From Octopus bimaculoides (Eukaryota), in contig NC_068992.1 in assembly GCF_001194135.2 (NCBI RefSeq), forward strand, positions 67,565,126 to 67,629,125: a stretch of 64,000 nucleotides of DNA. The letters are read 5' to 3'. Within the stretch, counting starts at the first letter, position 1; each line of letters opens with the position of its first letter. Below, piece after piece: positions 26,690-39,330 of this stretch. The position numbers and the translations under genes were made by a program. The notes beneath the pieces were generated by a model. The model did no database searches. It had not been told where the DNA came from and was given only the letters and a program-made list of their open reading frames with translations.

Positions 26690-27075
26690 GCCTGTTCCTC
26701 CAGATAGATGCGAAAGGTGCTAGTGCTCGAAATGGCTACTCAGGCTAAGGGTCTTATAGAGGAGGTTGGGGTATTTATTGAAGGATTGACCTGGTGACGC
26801 AGTGGGAGTCGACCCTTTGCGCCTTCGATGTCTCATGTGCTTCTCTTGGCGTCATATATCATCTGAACATGCGTAATTGCCTCCCGGGAATTTAGGTCAA
26901 TTGACCCGCGGGGGAGAGGGGTCTTGAGCTGGTCTCGGGAACGGCATTTTGGGGGCTCCACTTTGTGTGGCTCATGAGGCCAACTCAGCAAAGAGGATTT
27001 GACTTGAAGATGTGCGTTTCAAGCATGCGAATGGTATATACTGACCAGCAGATGTGGTACAGTGACATACATACA
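26690..27075 (-). pseudogene. Probable Gypsy-type RT remnant
   Basis: GC-rich block; the minus strand gives KMPF..AQ, YACSDDI...EKHMRH (YAYLDDIL...EEHL.H) and VNPS...SSI..L..ISST. It lies upstream of the integrase-like block on the same strand, consistent with RT-IN order. Confidence 0.45.
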
Positions 27076-27079
27076 TTAC

Positions 27080-27111
<32 letters not shown>

Positions 27112-27756
27112 CAATCCCAACCCCAGATGTGCAATATTCATTGGCAGTACAAGTTGTTGAGAAACATTGGCAAGCCAAACGACTTTCTCTAACGAGGTTA
27201 ATACTGTCAGCTGTTGTTATGTCAACACTGTAGCTGCTGATTTGGTTGCTGTTGCTAAGTTACAAGACATCGGTCTTGGCTCTTGGTTGACCGATGTGCT
27301 ATCCTCATATTGAAGAAAAATGAGCGGAATAAGAAAAAATGATCTCTCTCTCTCTCTCTCAGTATGAAGAATCAAATACTTGTTGCTCATCTTGTTGTGA
27401 ACCTATCATTTGTTGACAGCGGAAGGAATGTTTCGAAATTTGGTAACAAGTAACAATCAATTTTCTGGAGAAAAACAATCAGTTTTGGTGAGTGGAAGCC
27501 CATGGAGGACAACATACAGCATAGAATTGTGGTTTCCTGACGTTAGTTTGCTATCTTTGGTGTTTGGAGTTGCTCTTATATTATCTGGATATTAATGGGC
27601 ACCTCGAAAAGAAAAAAATGTTCTAAACACGTAAGTGTTTGTTATTCTGCTACTCAATGTCTATGCCTCATTGTGCCTCTCTGGGTACGGGGAAAATTAC
27701 GTTTGGGAAATGTGTGTGAGTATAAATTCTCTCTCTTTCTCTCTCTTTCTCTCTCC

Positions 27757-27789
<33 letters not shown>

Positions 27790-27802
27790 ACACACACTCA
27801 CT

Positions 27803-27835
<33 letters not shown>

Positions 27836-28874
27836 ACACACACACGTGTGTGTGTGTGTGTGTGCATGTCTATGTGTGTCTGTGCATTTGTGTATCTGTT
27901 TCTGTATGCATGAATATTTTTTACAAACACATTAAATGTCGCTTATATTTTGCGTATTTGTATTTACACTAATCTTGATTTTGGGGTGGGGTTTGATAGA
28001 CTATTAGCACTCTTAACTATGGAGATAGATAAATAAAAACGGATAAAAAAAGTTAAAATATGTACCACGTTTCATTGTGCCTGAATGCAATAAGAGGAAC
28101 CAGTAACATGAATAATTGACCATTAAAGACATATTGTCTCATTAGCTAATCCCTTACGTATCCACTTCTCTAATGAGACGCAGTATATGCAATTTGGTTA
28201 ATAATGGAAGTACCAGTCCATTACTTGGAGGTTCATTTAACTGTGACATTTAACGTTCATTTAACGAAGTGTGCCTTGTAGCTGTGTGAAAACACATGTC
28301 ATTTGAGAACGGCTGATACATTTATACTTAGGCGTTACATAACCCCATATATCTGGTGTAAAGCTGAGTTTTAAACTGCAATAGGTTAGAAAATATAATT
28401 GAAAACTAAAGAAATTTAACGAATAAATCCTGATAAACCTAATGCAAACATTCTTGCTCTGAACAACAATAAATTATAATGTTAATTATAATGTATTTAT
28501 TATTGACGGACGTTATACGCTTTGATAGTACGGTAATGAATGTGATGTCTAATTTCAACCGATGAAAGCGAATGGAATAAAAGAATATATAACATTTCGA
28601 ATACATGAACGACATGAATGAGACCATTCCGCAAAGAAATTTTCAGGGCTGTTTCCGTTCATAAATTGAAATTATTGATTTATTCGACATTTTTAAATAA
28701 ATGTAGGAATCGTTTAAATTTCTTAATTACTTTTTGATTGTAGCATATTATTGATTTCTTTATTGCCACTGATTTATTTTCAGAAAAAACATGGATCCAA
28801 AATATAGTTCCAAATATTTCACGCAAACATAATAATTGTATACGCGGAGCTGGTTTAATATTATCTATCCATCT

Positions 28875-29195
28875 CGTCTGTTTTCGTTTGTCTTGACGTT
28901 CTGGCGTTCTGAGTTCAAATTCCGCCGAGGTCAACTTTGCCTTCCATCTTTACGGGTCGATGAAATAAGTACCAGTTGCGTACTGGTATCGATCTAATCG
29001 ACTGGTCCCCTCCTCCAAAATTTCTGGCCTTGTGCCTAGAGCAGAAAAGAATATTTTAAGACGGCGACCTGGCAGAAACGTTAGCCTTTCATCCTTTCGG
29101 GGTCAATAAATTAAGTACCAGTTACGTTCTAGGGTCGATATAATCGACTGGCCCCCTGTCCCAAAATTTCGGGCCTTGTGCCTAGAGTAGAAAAG
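28875..29195 (+). mobile_element. Dimeric SINE family B insertion with 18-bp TSD
   Basis: 5'-truncated monomer (28875-~29052) plus a second, internally deleted monomer (~29058-29195); AATATTATCTATCCATCT at 28857-28874 and 29196-29213. Confidence 0.85.
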
Positions 29196-30787
29196 AATAT
29201 TATCTATCCATCTGCCTGCCTGCCTCTGTGTAATTATCAATCTATATGTTTCTCTTTCCGACTCTCTATGTACACATCCATTCATTCAGATACATTTCCA
29301 TGTCTTCCTCTGACTTTACATTTGTATGACCTGAGAAATGCCAACTGGTGATGAAACGTAAGCTTCTCAGGAACAAGCTTTACATTTTGTGGTTATATAA
29401 TGGTTTGTACATGCTTGAAGCGGATGCCGTTCGTCTTCCTGTTATTTTTGTCTGTGTTGCAACGCCACGGCATAAAACCCTGATGCTTTGTCGTAGTTAA
29501 AGCGATTTCTGCCAGCTAATTTTGTAGGTTACTCGTCTGGCGACACTGGGTAACTCTGTCTATAAGTAGACGCGACTTTTTTTCCAAACGAACCATGTCT
29601 ATCTGATGATAGGAATACAGAAACGCCAGGAAGTAGAGAACATTTCATTTCCCACTGTAAATTTCAGGTCTTATCCTTTTCGAACTATTACCACCAGTTT
29701 TGTGACTGTGGTAGCTGAACGTCTGTTTGAAATAGCCGTAATTATGAATCTCTCGAAAACATATGAACATACAGAAAGCGTGTGAGTAGGTTTTGGTTTA
29801 GAAACACACCAACCAGTTCGTTGATATCTAAATCTTTAAGACACACAATCACCAGCTTTTTCCTTCCTCAGTGTACGTTACATGACTATTACTTGGTTGT
29901 GAAGGCTGTCATGCATAGTGACCATATATTCTCCTGCAAAGTCAATAGAGTGCGCTGATGTAGGCTTTGGTTGATTCGGTGGAAGTAAGCAATCAAATAC
30001 GATTGTATAAATCTGCAGAATATTTGCTTTAAATCGCATTAAAACAATTGATAACATTCCTAGTGTTTTTCACTGACTCTCCATTTACTGCAAGTAAGTT
30101 TTAACTTTATATTTCTGACGCGACTCTATCTATCTTTGTATCTTTCTCTCCCTCTCCCTCTCGCTCTTCCTTCTGTTGTTCTTCGCCTCTCATCTTCACT
30201 ACTATATCTCTCTCTCTTCCTTCCTGTCTCCCGTTGGTCACTTACATTCTATTTCCTCTCCTTTTTTTTCTCCATCTACCACTCTTTCTCCTTACGCCTC
30301 CCTGGTCACATGTGTCCGGCTACTACTTCCTTTCCTATCTTGGCCATTGCCAAGCTCGCACGAACTTACTTATTCTCACTTCCTCCCGTTCGTGACACCG
30401 TAGCGTTCAGTATACATATATATTTTTTCACGTCTGGCCTTATTAGCCCTTCTTATTCATTTTCACTGTTTCGTTTTCCTGTCTTGTTCTCTGTTCACCA
30501 CTACATTCCTCGCGTTACAAATTTAATTTGTTTCCGTGGGAAGAGCCATTCTAACAATGCGTCCTCCCCTAACTCTTCGAAACGCTCAGTTTTAGAATGG
30601 TGACAGCTGAAGGAAATGTTCTCTATGTGGCCTGTGTGTTTTCTGTGCTCTGATTCTGTTCTGTTTCTCATTTTGTCTACATGTTTTTTGTAACGTCCTG
30701 TACCCAGATATGCATCTATATATACATGTTTGATGTAGGTATGTACATACATGTACGTATATATGCATATGGTCACATTATTTGTAC

Positions 30788-30898
<111 letters not shown>

Positions 30899-31075
30899 NN
30901 NNNNNNNNNNNNNNNNNNNNNNNNNNNNNNNNNNNNNNNNNNNNNNNNNNNNNNNNNNNNNNNNNNNNNNNNNNNNNNNNNNNNNNNNNNNNNNNNNNNN
31001 NNNNNNNNNNNNNNNNNNNNNNNNNNNNNNNNNNNNNNNNNNNNNNNNNNNNNNNNNNNNNNNNNNNNNNNNNNN

Positions 31076-31136
<61 letters not shown>

Positions 31137-31158
31137 AGTAAGTAGATATGGCTTTTTT

Positions 31159-31353
31159 GAAGGGGTAACTTTTATTGTAATCTTAATAATGTTTACAGTG
31201 AGTTATTCTGATATGAGTTTCAAACTTCAAGTAGGCATTTTCAAACTGGAGAATTTTGAGGAATACGGCTACTTGAAGCTCGAAACACACATCAAAGTAA
31301 CTCATTGTAGACATTATTATTAAGATTAACATTTTTTTAAAACATATCCCCTC
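31159..31353. mobile_element. Hairpin/MITE-like element
   Basis: Arms 31179-31234 and 31269-31327 are reverse complements (8 substitutions, one 3-nt indel); outer gaagggg/cccctc termini. Confidence 0.7.
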
Positions 31354-31421
31354 AATAAAAGCCATCTCTACTCATTCTTTCAAATATATAATACTGTACC
31401 AAAACATTGTCTTTATTATTC

Positions 31422-31460
<39 letters not shown>

Positions 31461-33079
31461 CCAGCATTGTCACAGCTCGTGAGCTGATGCTAGTTTAATT
31501 CAATTCCATTCAGTTCAATTCATATATACACATATCAACCCTTTGGATTTTGTATATTTATATAATTGTGTGTGCTCCTATATGCGTAGTATCTAATGAA
31601 TATATCTTTCAAGTTTGCTTTGCAGCTTTGCTTATTCCTCAACAACATTTCATGTCACTGTATCTATATTTGTTTTCCCGTATGTTCATACGATAGTGTA
31701 TTCATAACTTCTGACTACGACCTAATCGTTGCCACTAGCATCAGCGCAAACAAACACTAAAAAAAGAAAAGAAATAAAACATCAGCAAAAAAATTCTACT
31801 GAAATGTAGAAATTAAATAAATAACCGAACTAAAATATGAAAATGTTACTAAAACTATACGAAAAAATAACAACAAACCAGTAAATATATATATGCTGTT
31901 TTAGGTTGTTTTTTTTTTTTACGCACTCATTTCTATATTTTCTGCACAGCAATCGGTTTTTGTTTCAAAAACATCGCTAGACAACACAAATATCAATTTA
32001 AATGTTTAATATATTTGTTTACTGAAGTTCACATTTCCTCATTTCACTTCCTTCCATTATTCTCTGTTTTCTTTGGATATTTTTCTACCATCACTTCTCT
32101 ATATTCCATTTTCCTTATTTTCGTTCGTAACATAAATTTTATTATAGATTTCAATGTTTTTAATTATCTTATTTATTCCATCTCTTCCACGATTAGTTCA
32201 TACTTCTCTTAGTATTTCATCTTCGAGTTTCAGAGTCTCTGTTTTCCTCTATATCTCTGTCTCTGGCTGTATGTGTGTTTGTCTGTATGTCTGTCTCTGT
32301 CTGTATCTCTCCATCTCTCACACACGCACGCACACACACGCACACACACGCACACACACAACCACCACTACATATATCTTGCTAGATATCAACTTTCCAG
32401 TTTTTGATATATTCACGCATCACTTTACATTCCTGTCTTCCTCTCTTCACATACTTGCATCAGCTCTGAGTTGTTTGTTTCCACGAAATGTTAGCATGAA
32501 GGATATATTTTGTATTTACTGGTAGAGAGAAAAATCGAGCAATAATCGGATAGAAAGTCAGGTGCATAGGACAGAAAAGCAGATAGGTAGAAAATGATAG
32601 AGAAGCAGATAGATAGAAAATGTGAGAAAACATCAGCGAGAAAGCGAAATAAAATTTCAATGAGGAATAACTTCCAACTGGAGTCAACTAGAGTTATTTA
32701 TATCAAAATCTCCCATAAATCTAGAATTTTCCACTCTAGCTAAAAGGAAAAATAAGTATTTTCAATTTATATAAAGAATTGATTTTTCCCCCACAAAATA
32801 CGCAGATACAAAATATTTCTTTACTTTCATACTAAGGAATTCTCAATAGAAATACCAGTTGCTATTTTCTAAAATGTTAAAGGTTTTATATTAAAATTCA
32901 ATAAATCTGTTTCTTTCCTAATTATTATGTCATCCTAAATTGTGTTCATTTTTATTCTAATTAACAAAAACAATGGGGTTAATTAATCTGTTACTGTTGC
33001 TTACATGAATCCAACCCATCAACGTGTCGGATGAATACATCTAATAATCTTTCTTGTTTTTTTGCACAAGGTTAGAGTA

Positions 33080-33235
33080 GTCAGCGGGAAGGGTTGGGCG
33101 ATTACATCAATCCCAGCGCTCGTCCGGTACTTATTTTATCGACAACAGAGGGATGAAATGCAAAATTGATCTGGGTGAAATTTGAACTTAGAACGTAAAT
33201 AACTGGAAGAAATTCGACAGGCATTTTCCCAAGCT
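33080..33235 (-). mobile_element. SINE family B, degenerate
   Basis: ggtacttattttatcgac...ggatgaaatgcaaaattgatct...atttgaacttagaacgtaa is the reverse complement of the family B body. Confidence 0.7.
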
Positions 33236-33289
33236 TTTTGGTAGTTTCTTTAGTGAGATTCATGTAACTATGACAGTTGCATTAATGCC

Positions 33290-33430
33290 AATATCTCCTT
33301 CACTGGGAATAGGAAGGATTGTAAGGAAGGCCCTCAGTATCTAAGGAAGCCGGTTGTGATCCGGTATCAACGGCATCGATTCCGAATGTAAGAGATTCGA
33401 GCATGCTATGAATAATAATAATAATAACAA
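33290..33430 (+). mobile_element. Probable 3' end of an R4/Dong-type non-LTR element with (AAT)n tail
   Basis: LGIGRIVRKALSI* resembles the LGTA.ILRKVL C-terminus of this clade; a short UTR then (AAT)n follow. Confidence 0.45.
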
Positions 33431-34762
33431 AAGCAACAATAATAATAATGAAAATAATAGAAATAATGATGATAAATATGATGATGATATTAATATCATT
33501 ATTATTATTATTTGTTCGTAGAAGTAATGATAGAAGAAAGGGAGAAGGAATCGATGACAAAGAAACACAATATGTACAAGAAGAAAGCGGGACAAAAGGG
33601 CAGAAGAAATAAGAAAAGTGAAAGTGAAAGAAGAGTCTCAAACGAAATTACATAGAGTTCTTGGTGAGGGAAGGAGACAAAAAGAAAGAGAGGGAGGTGT
33701 GTGTGAGAGAGAAAGATAGAAAGCAAACGAAAATATTTTCTCAACTCAATAAAACCAAAGAACTGAGAATAGAAGATAAAGAATAATTCTTTGAGGTTGA
33801 TGGCATAATAATATGGCTGGTATCTTATATTCATTCTATCTCCAATACTGTGCTTAAATATCTCCTTGAATGGATGAGAACTCACGGAAATGCTGGTTTT
33901 AATAATAAGCCGTTATGCAAGAACATGCTGAGGGATTATGCTAACATGTTTGAAGAAGTCAAACTTTATTGTGTTCTTGTATAAGGTAGATTCTACCCAA
34001 TCAGCTCGAACTGTATAAGAAGCGCAGAAAATTAAACGCTACGCTTGGTGAAACTGGATAACGTTTGAAAAGCAAATACAAATATTTCGTTGCTAGGTAA
34101 AAAGCAATATGGGTGCAACAATATCTTAGCAGCTTCGCATCAATGGTCAGAGGAAATATCAATAGATCCACGACAAATAGCACAATTGTAATAGAATTGA
34201 GGTTCATATCATATAGGAGGAAAAACATATGCTATTTCTGCAGTTGTTATATGATTATTTCCTTGGAATTACAAGATGCACACGATTTAAGAAAGATTAG
34301 AGATGGGAGGAAAGTGTTCGATGGTGAGGTAACAATTGTCATTTCTTTCAACAGGTAAATATCTGAGTGTTTAGTAAAAAGAGAGAAGACAAAATATGTG
34401 GTGATGATTACAATTAGAACATGCGAACAAAACGATCGATTTCAAGAAAAATCGTGATCGTACCATAAACAACAATTTATAAAATGTAATCAAGAAGACA
34501 ATATGAGGTAAAACTGTTTAAGCTATGAGGAAGACAAAAATGAAACAGGAAAACATGTCCCCACTAACCACATATATATGACAATAGTATTTTAGACTTT
34601 ATTGGCCGCACGGAACAAACGTAGCCCACGTTCATCCCCATCTGATCGGAGAGACCAGGCACTTATAAGTTAGTTTTCCATCAGGCTAGCGCAATAGTAG
34701 ACGGCTCATTTCCCACAGTTATACCTCGGACGGCTCATCAGGCTCATCGTTAGCTAACAGTA

Positions 34763-34803
<41 letters not shown>

Positions 34804-35458
34804 ATAGGGTGTGAAATTAGGATATTTCCAGGAAAACAATCGACCCGAATATTCGGCTATCACCACTATCGGGTACCAGCCCAAAGCTGCAATTACTTAG
34901 GTGTAGACAATGTACGTTTCACAGCGATTACACCGCAGTGCGGTTGGAGAAGAGTGAATAAACTAATGAAAAGAATAATTGATGAAGGGAACATATGGAT
35001 TTGTTACTAGTCTTCATTACGACGATCGCTTCGACTCATCTTGCAATTGTCCATTGTGTGTCAGATTTTACGCATGTAATTATCTTACATCAGTATGTGC
35101 AGTTTGTGTAACATCAATTAGATGCATAAAGAAGGGGATGTCCCAACAGATATACTGAGATGCTCTACGCATGTTGTTCGTGTCTGCTGTATTTACGTTA
35201 TGACCGGATACTGTTGTTCGTTGGGTATATAACGTAAGAATTGAAGTGATAAAATATAGCGGAAGAGAGATTAGATTTAAGTTAACAGGCTGGTGCGTGT
35301 ATTTCCAATCATGAACACACACAGACACAAATTTACAGAAACAGACACATACACACGTACCTACACACGTACACATATAAATACACGGCCGGAGAATAGC
35401 TGCACGATGAAACCGAGGGTACCAAGGAGTCTGAATCAAACTGTTTTCACCTACCTAC

Positions 35459-35495
<37 letters not shown>

Positions 35496-36500
35496 AACGT
35501 TTATGATGTGTAATTTAGTTCCGGCCATCTGTAAAATCCTCTCAATGTTAATCACTTCATTAACAGATAACAAAAGCAATTCCATATTGAAACGTTTTAA
35601 TTTTCAATATCCAATTTCCATTACACATGAAATTGTTTTCGCTGTTTGTACACCTGCTTGTCTCTAAATTCTCATGTCATTAAATTTCACACTAATAATC
35701 ATAATTGTCCAGTGGATTCGGAATGAAATCAGTCGCGTTGATTATTTCTGATCACGCATAATTAATTTCCTTCATATATCAGGCATTCAATATATTGGAT
35801 TGTCCGTCTGATCATCAATGCCAAGACAGATCTAAGTAGCATTTGTTTCCAAGTTTAATAGCACGAAATTATAATCGGACATTAAATATTCACTCTTCAG
35901 AGAAATGTGTGTCTAGTTAGAATAGTTAAAAATATTTTATTTGCTCAATACAAATACGGGATTTGGATAAATGAGACGTGATGTATATATGCTTTTCATC
36001 GTTTTTATGCTTTCATTTCCATGCAGGTTACATATACACTGACACATACACGCATGCACACACATACACACAGACACGCCCGTCTGTATGTATGTATGTA
36101 TGTATGCATGTATACCTTTATGTATGCATTCTCAGGCTCATAAATATTGAAATGATAAACTTCTGGAAAGTTTTACAGTTACAGTAATGGATTCGATCTG
36201 TAATCTTCTCAAGATTGGTATTTATGCAGTATGTTACGTATGTATGTATACACGTATGTTGGCCTCTGCTTTATACGTTCTGCTTCTCCCCCACCCACCA
36301 TATATATATTTCATGTATGTATATATATGTATGTATGTATCTATATATCTATCCATACATACATATATACAATAATAATAAATGGGTAAAATTCATTAAT
36401 CAATTCATTAGTAATTTTACTAAGTAGCTTGGTACGTTAAAATAACCTTTGAGGGTAACGTTATACAAGTATTTTATAATTATAAGCATAAATATAATAA

Positions 36501-36735
36501 GGGGTCAGCTAATTGCTTTCCCACGCACCGAATTTAGAAATAGGAGTTAAAATACCTATTCTGCTACCATAAATATATACCAGGCAGTAATACAGTAACA
36601 CGTGGGGATTCGTTATTTTTCTCTTTGCCTACGTAAACAAGTGTGTAAGTGGCTGGGATATATTTATGGGAGCGGAAAAGGGATTTTAACTGTTATTTCC
36701 AAATTCGGTGCGTGGCGAAGCAATTAGCTGATCCC
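36501..36735. mobile_element. MITE with ~55-bp imperfect TIRs
   Basis: GGGGTCAGCTAATTGCTTTCCCACGCACCGAATTT... (36501-36556) is the reverse complement of 36681-36735, with 6 substitutions and 1 indel. Confidence 0.8.
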
Positions 36736-36754
36736 TGATAATAATTATAGAATA

Positions 36755-36797
<43 letters not shown>

Positions 36798-37248
36798 CCA
36801 AGGTTTCAAATTTGTATATTTAAAAGAGATACACACTTCGAACTCGACAGATCTATATTCCATTTATTCAATTATTTACCATCCGATGTCAACATTTCTG
36901 TGCCCAAACCTATCCAGCGAATGATCCGTTGGATGTCTGACGTTTGGCACTTCCTCAGGAATGGTTTCCATCAGAACAAATTACGAAAAAACACAAATAA
37001 CGATCATAACAAATTATTAAAAATTCCTTACCTTTATCTCGTCCATGCTGTGTGTTTTTTCGTTATTTGTTCTGATGGAAACCATTCCTGAGGAAGTGCC
37101 AAACGTCAGACATCCATCGGATCAGTCGCTGGATTGGTTTGGGCACAGAAATGTTGACATCGGATTGTAAATAATTCAATAAATGTAATATAGATCTGTC
37201 GAGTTCGAAGTCTCTATCTCTTTTAAATATACAAATTTGAAACCTTGG
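36798..37248. mobile_element. 451-bp foldback element (198-bp arms, 55-bp spacer)
   Basis: Arms 36798-36995 and 37051-37248 pair at 189 of 198 positions with no indels. Confidence 0.92.
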
Positions 37249-37350
37249 AAACATAAACATAAACAATGAGAACGACCCTTAGGGAATCTAATCAATGATC
37301 CCCTCGGGTAAAGTCTTATGCTATATTGGTAACGGTTGCAGCATCCACTG

Positions 37351-37405
<55 letters not shown>

Positions 37406-38399
37406 GCATTATCCATGTATGTATACATGTTAATTAGCACTTCAAATACAAACATGCATACAGTTGTAGTGAAATGTTGAGCGAATGGTGTCTAGCATCA
37501 TTTAATCCAGTGTTTAATGATTTGCCGTGGCAGAAATATTTATACTCCACATATGATCCACCATTTGTTGAAACTCCTGTAGAAAATAATATATGGGTGT
37601 ACACTTTAAAAAATATATTGAGGCAGGAAAAGAATTAGCAACATCAGATGTATCCACCATACTTTGCTGTAAGTTGTTTAATGAAAATACTGTTAATTTA
37701 GTGTTTTGAATCGATTCATCCAGGCAAAATCGATTATTGCTTCAAATTCATTTACACGAATTAGAAAATTATTGAACATGGATAATTATGTTTACTCTCC
37801 TTCAAATATGAAATATATTAATTATGCTAAATATCAATTATAATATATATTTTATTTTTATAAATATTCACTAAATTAATCAATCCGGATTATGAACTAC
37901 AAATATTTGTTAAATACTATTATGAATATATAAACGGATATTCACAATTTTATTATAAATCCAATAATGTTAGAAAAAAAAACACAAACTGAAGTTGTAT
38001 ACTTTTCTGACACAGTCTTACAATTGTATACATTGGGAAGGAGAGAAGCATGGAATTGAAACTTTCAGAAGTGCTACATTATTATTGATTGTATATCCGA
38101 ATATTTAATAGTGAAGCTTTTCTAGTGAAATCTGAACTCAAAAGAGACGTAATGAAACGTTACGTCTTGCAAATCATTCATCCCACGCAGAGCGACACTG
38201 TTTATTGAACTAAATGAAACTACGCAGTTTGTAATTTTATTTAAAAAAAAGAAAGAAAGTCGTCTGCCATGTTGTACTTTATAGAATGTACGTATAACCA
38301 ATGATCTAATAAAACAGCTGAATGTATTTGGCTGCAGGAAAGACCAAGGTAATGAAGAGACACTTTTTTCTAAACTGTCCTTAACGTTCATTTACTCAT

Positions 38400-39330
38400 T
38401 TCAAATTTTTATTGTCGAATATTATATATTTCTGCAGACGATAAACTATTCCACATTGCGTGTCTGCCTCGAACACGGCATTCATGCGATTGTAGCTGAC
38501 GATTGCTAAATCGGTTTGGCGTTCATTGAAAGATATTTCCGGATTTTGCGTTTATAAACAATTGAAATAAAAGAATAGAGTAAATATATTCGTATTTACA
38601 TATGAAATACAAGAATAGCAACACAAATACATATTTGTATAACACACACACACACACACACACACATACACACACGAATAGCCTACACTGTTCAGTCTAC
38701 CATGAACTTTAATATTTGGACCGACACCTAAGCTGATGAACGCAGCCCTCACCATTACCCCCGCCCCACCCACTCTTCCCACTTGCGTCCTTTTCTCGAC
38801 ACACTTAGAATGGGATTCTTCAGTTGGACGGTGTCTAACATGTCTGTCCATTTGATCCAAAGATGCAGAAGCGGGATCGTCACCCGAAAGAACTTTTGAC
38901 CAGACTTCGGCGGTCCATTCAATATGTCTTTTAGCAAACTTGATCCGCTTCCACCGCGTTCTCTGACAAATTATCGGATTTTTTTTTCAAGCGATCCGGC
39001 CGAACAGTCCAAATTCTTTTAGGCAGTTTCTGACAGTTTGTGGTGTAAATCTGATGTCAGTTTCATTAGATAATTGCTTGCAAATGTCCGCTGCTGTTAC
39101 CCTCAGAGAGCCTATGAATTCACCAATCCATCTGTAATGTTATTATTTTTCTCGTAGCGCCTATTTTTTTTTGCGTATATTTGTATTGGCCAGTGGCTTG
39201 GTAAAGTATCCATGCTTCAACACAAGCCGTTTTGCTGCAGCTTAATTGCTTGCTCATGTTCATGAAGGACACAGTTTGATCTAGTAACTGGGCAGATGCT
39301 ACGCTTATCATTTTGTATCCAATTTTGCCC
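38400..39330 (-). pseudogene. Tc1-family transposase remnant, interrupted by a (CA)n tract
   Basis: IKFAKRHIEWTAEVWSKVLSGDD (Tc1 RL.FA..H..WT...W..VL.SDE) and GGAGVMVRAAFISLGVGPNIKVHGRLNSVGY (GGGSVMVWGCF...GVGPL..I.G.MN...Y). Confidence 0.85.

Noticed and set aside
29330-29371. CTGAGAA...GAAACGTA with an 8-bp inverted repeat
   Set aside because: The core is not CUGANGA and the stems do not fit a hammerhead.
29603-29624. CTGATGA...GAAAC hammerhead-like spacing
   Set aside because: Stem II cannot form and stem I is poor; about one such spacing is expected by chance in 64 kb of this composition (rough estimate).
33300-33410. Cadherin-like peptide LTFGIDAVDTGSQP on the minus strand
   Set aside because: No other cadherin motifs and an early stop; the + strand is better explained as an R4/Dong 3' end with an (AAT)n tail.
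34700-34750. CTGATGAGCC-GTCCGA-GGT on the minus strand
   Set aside because: The GAAA core is absent (GGTATAAC) and there is no convincing stem I or III.
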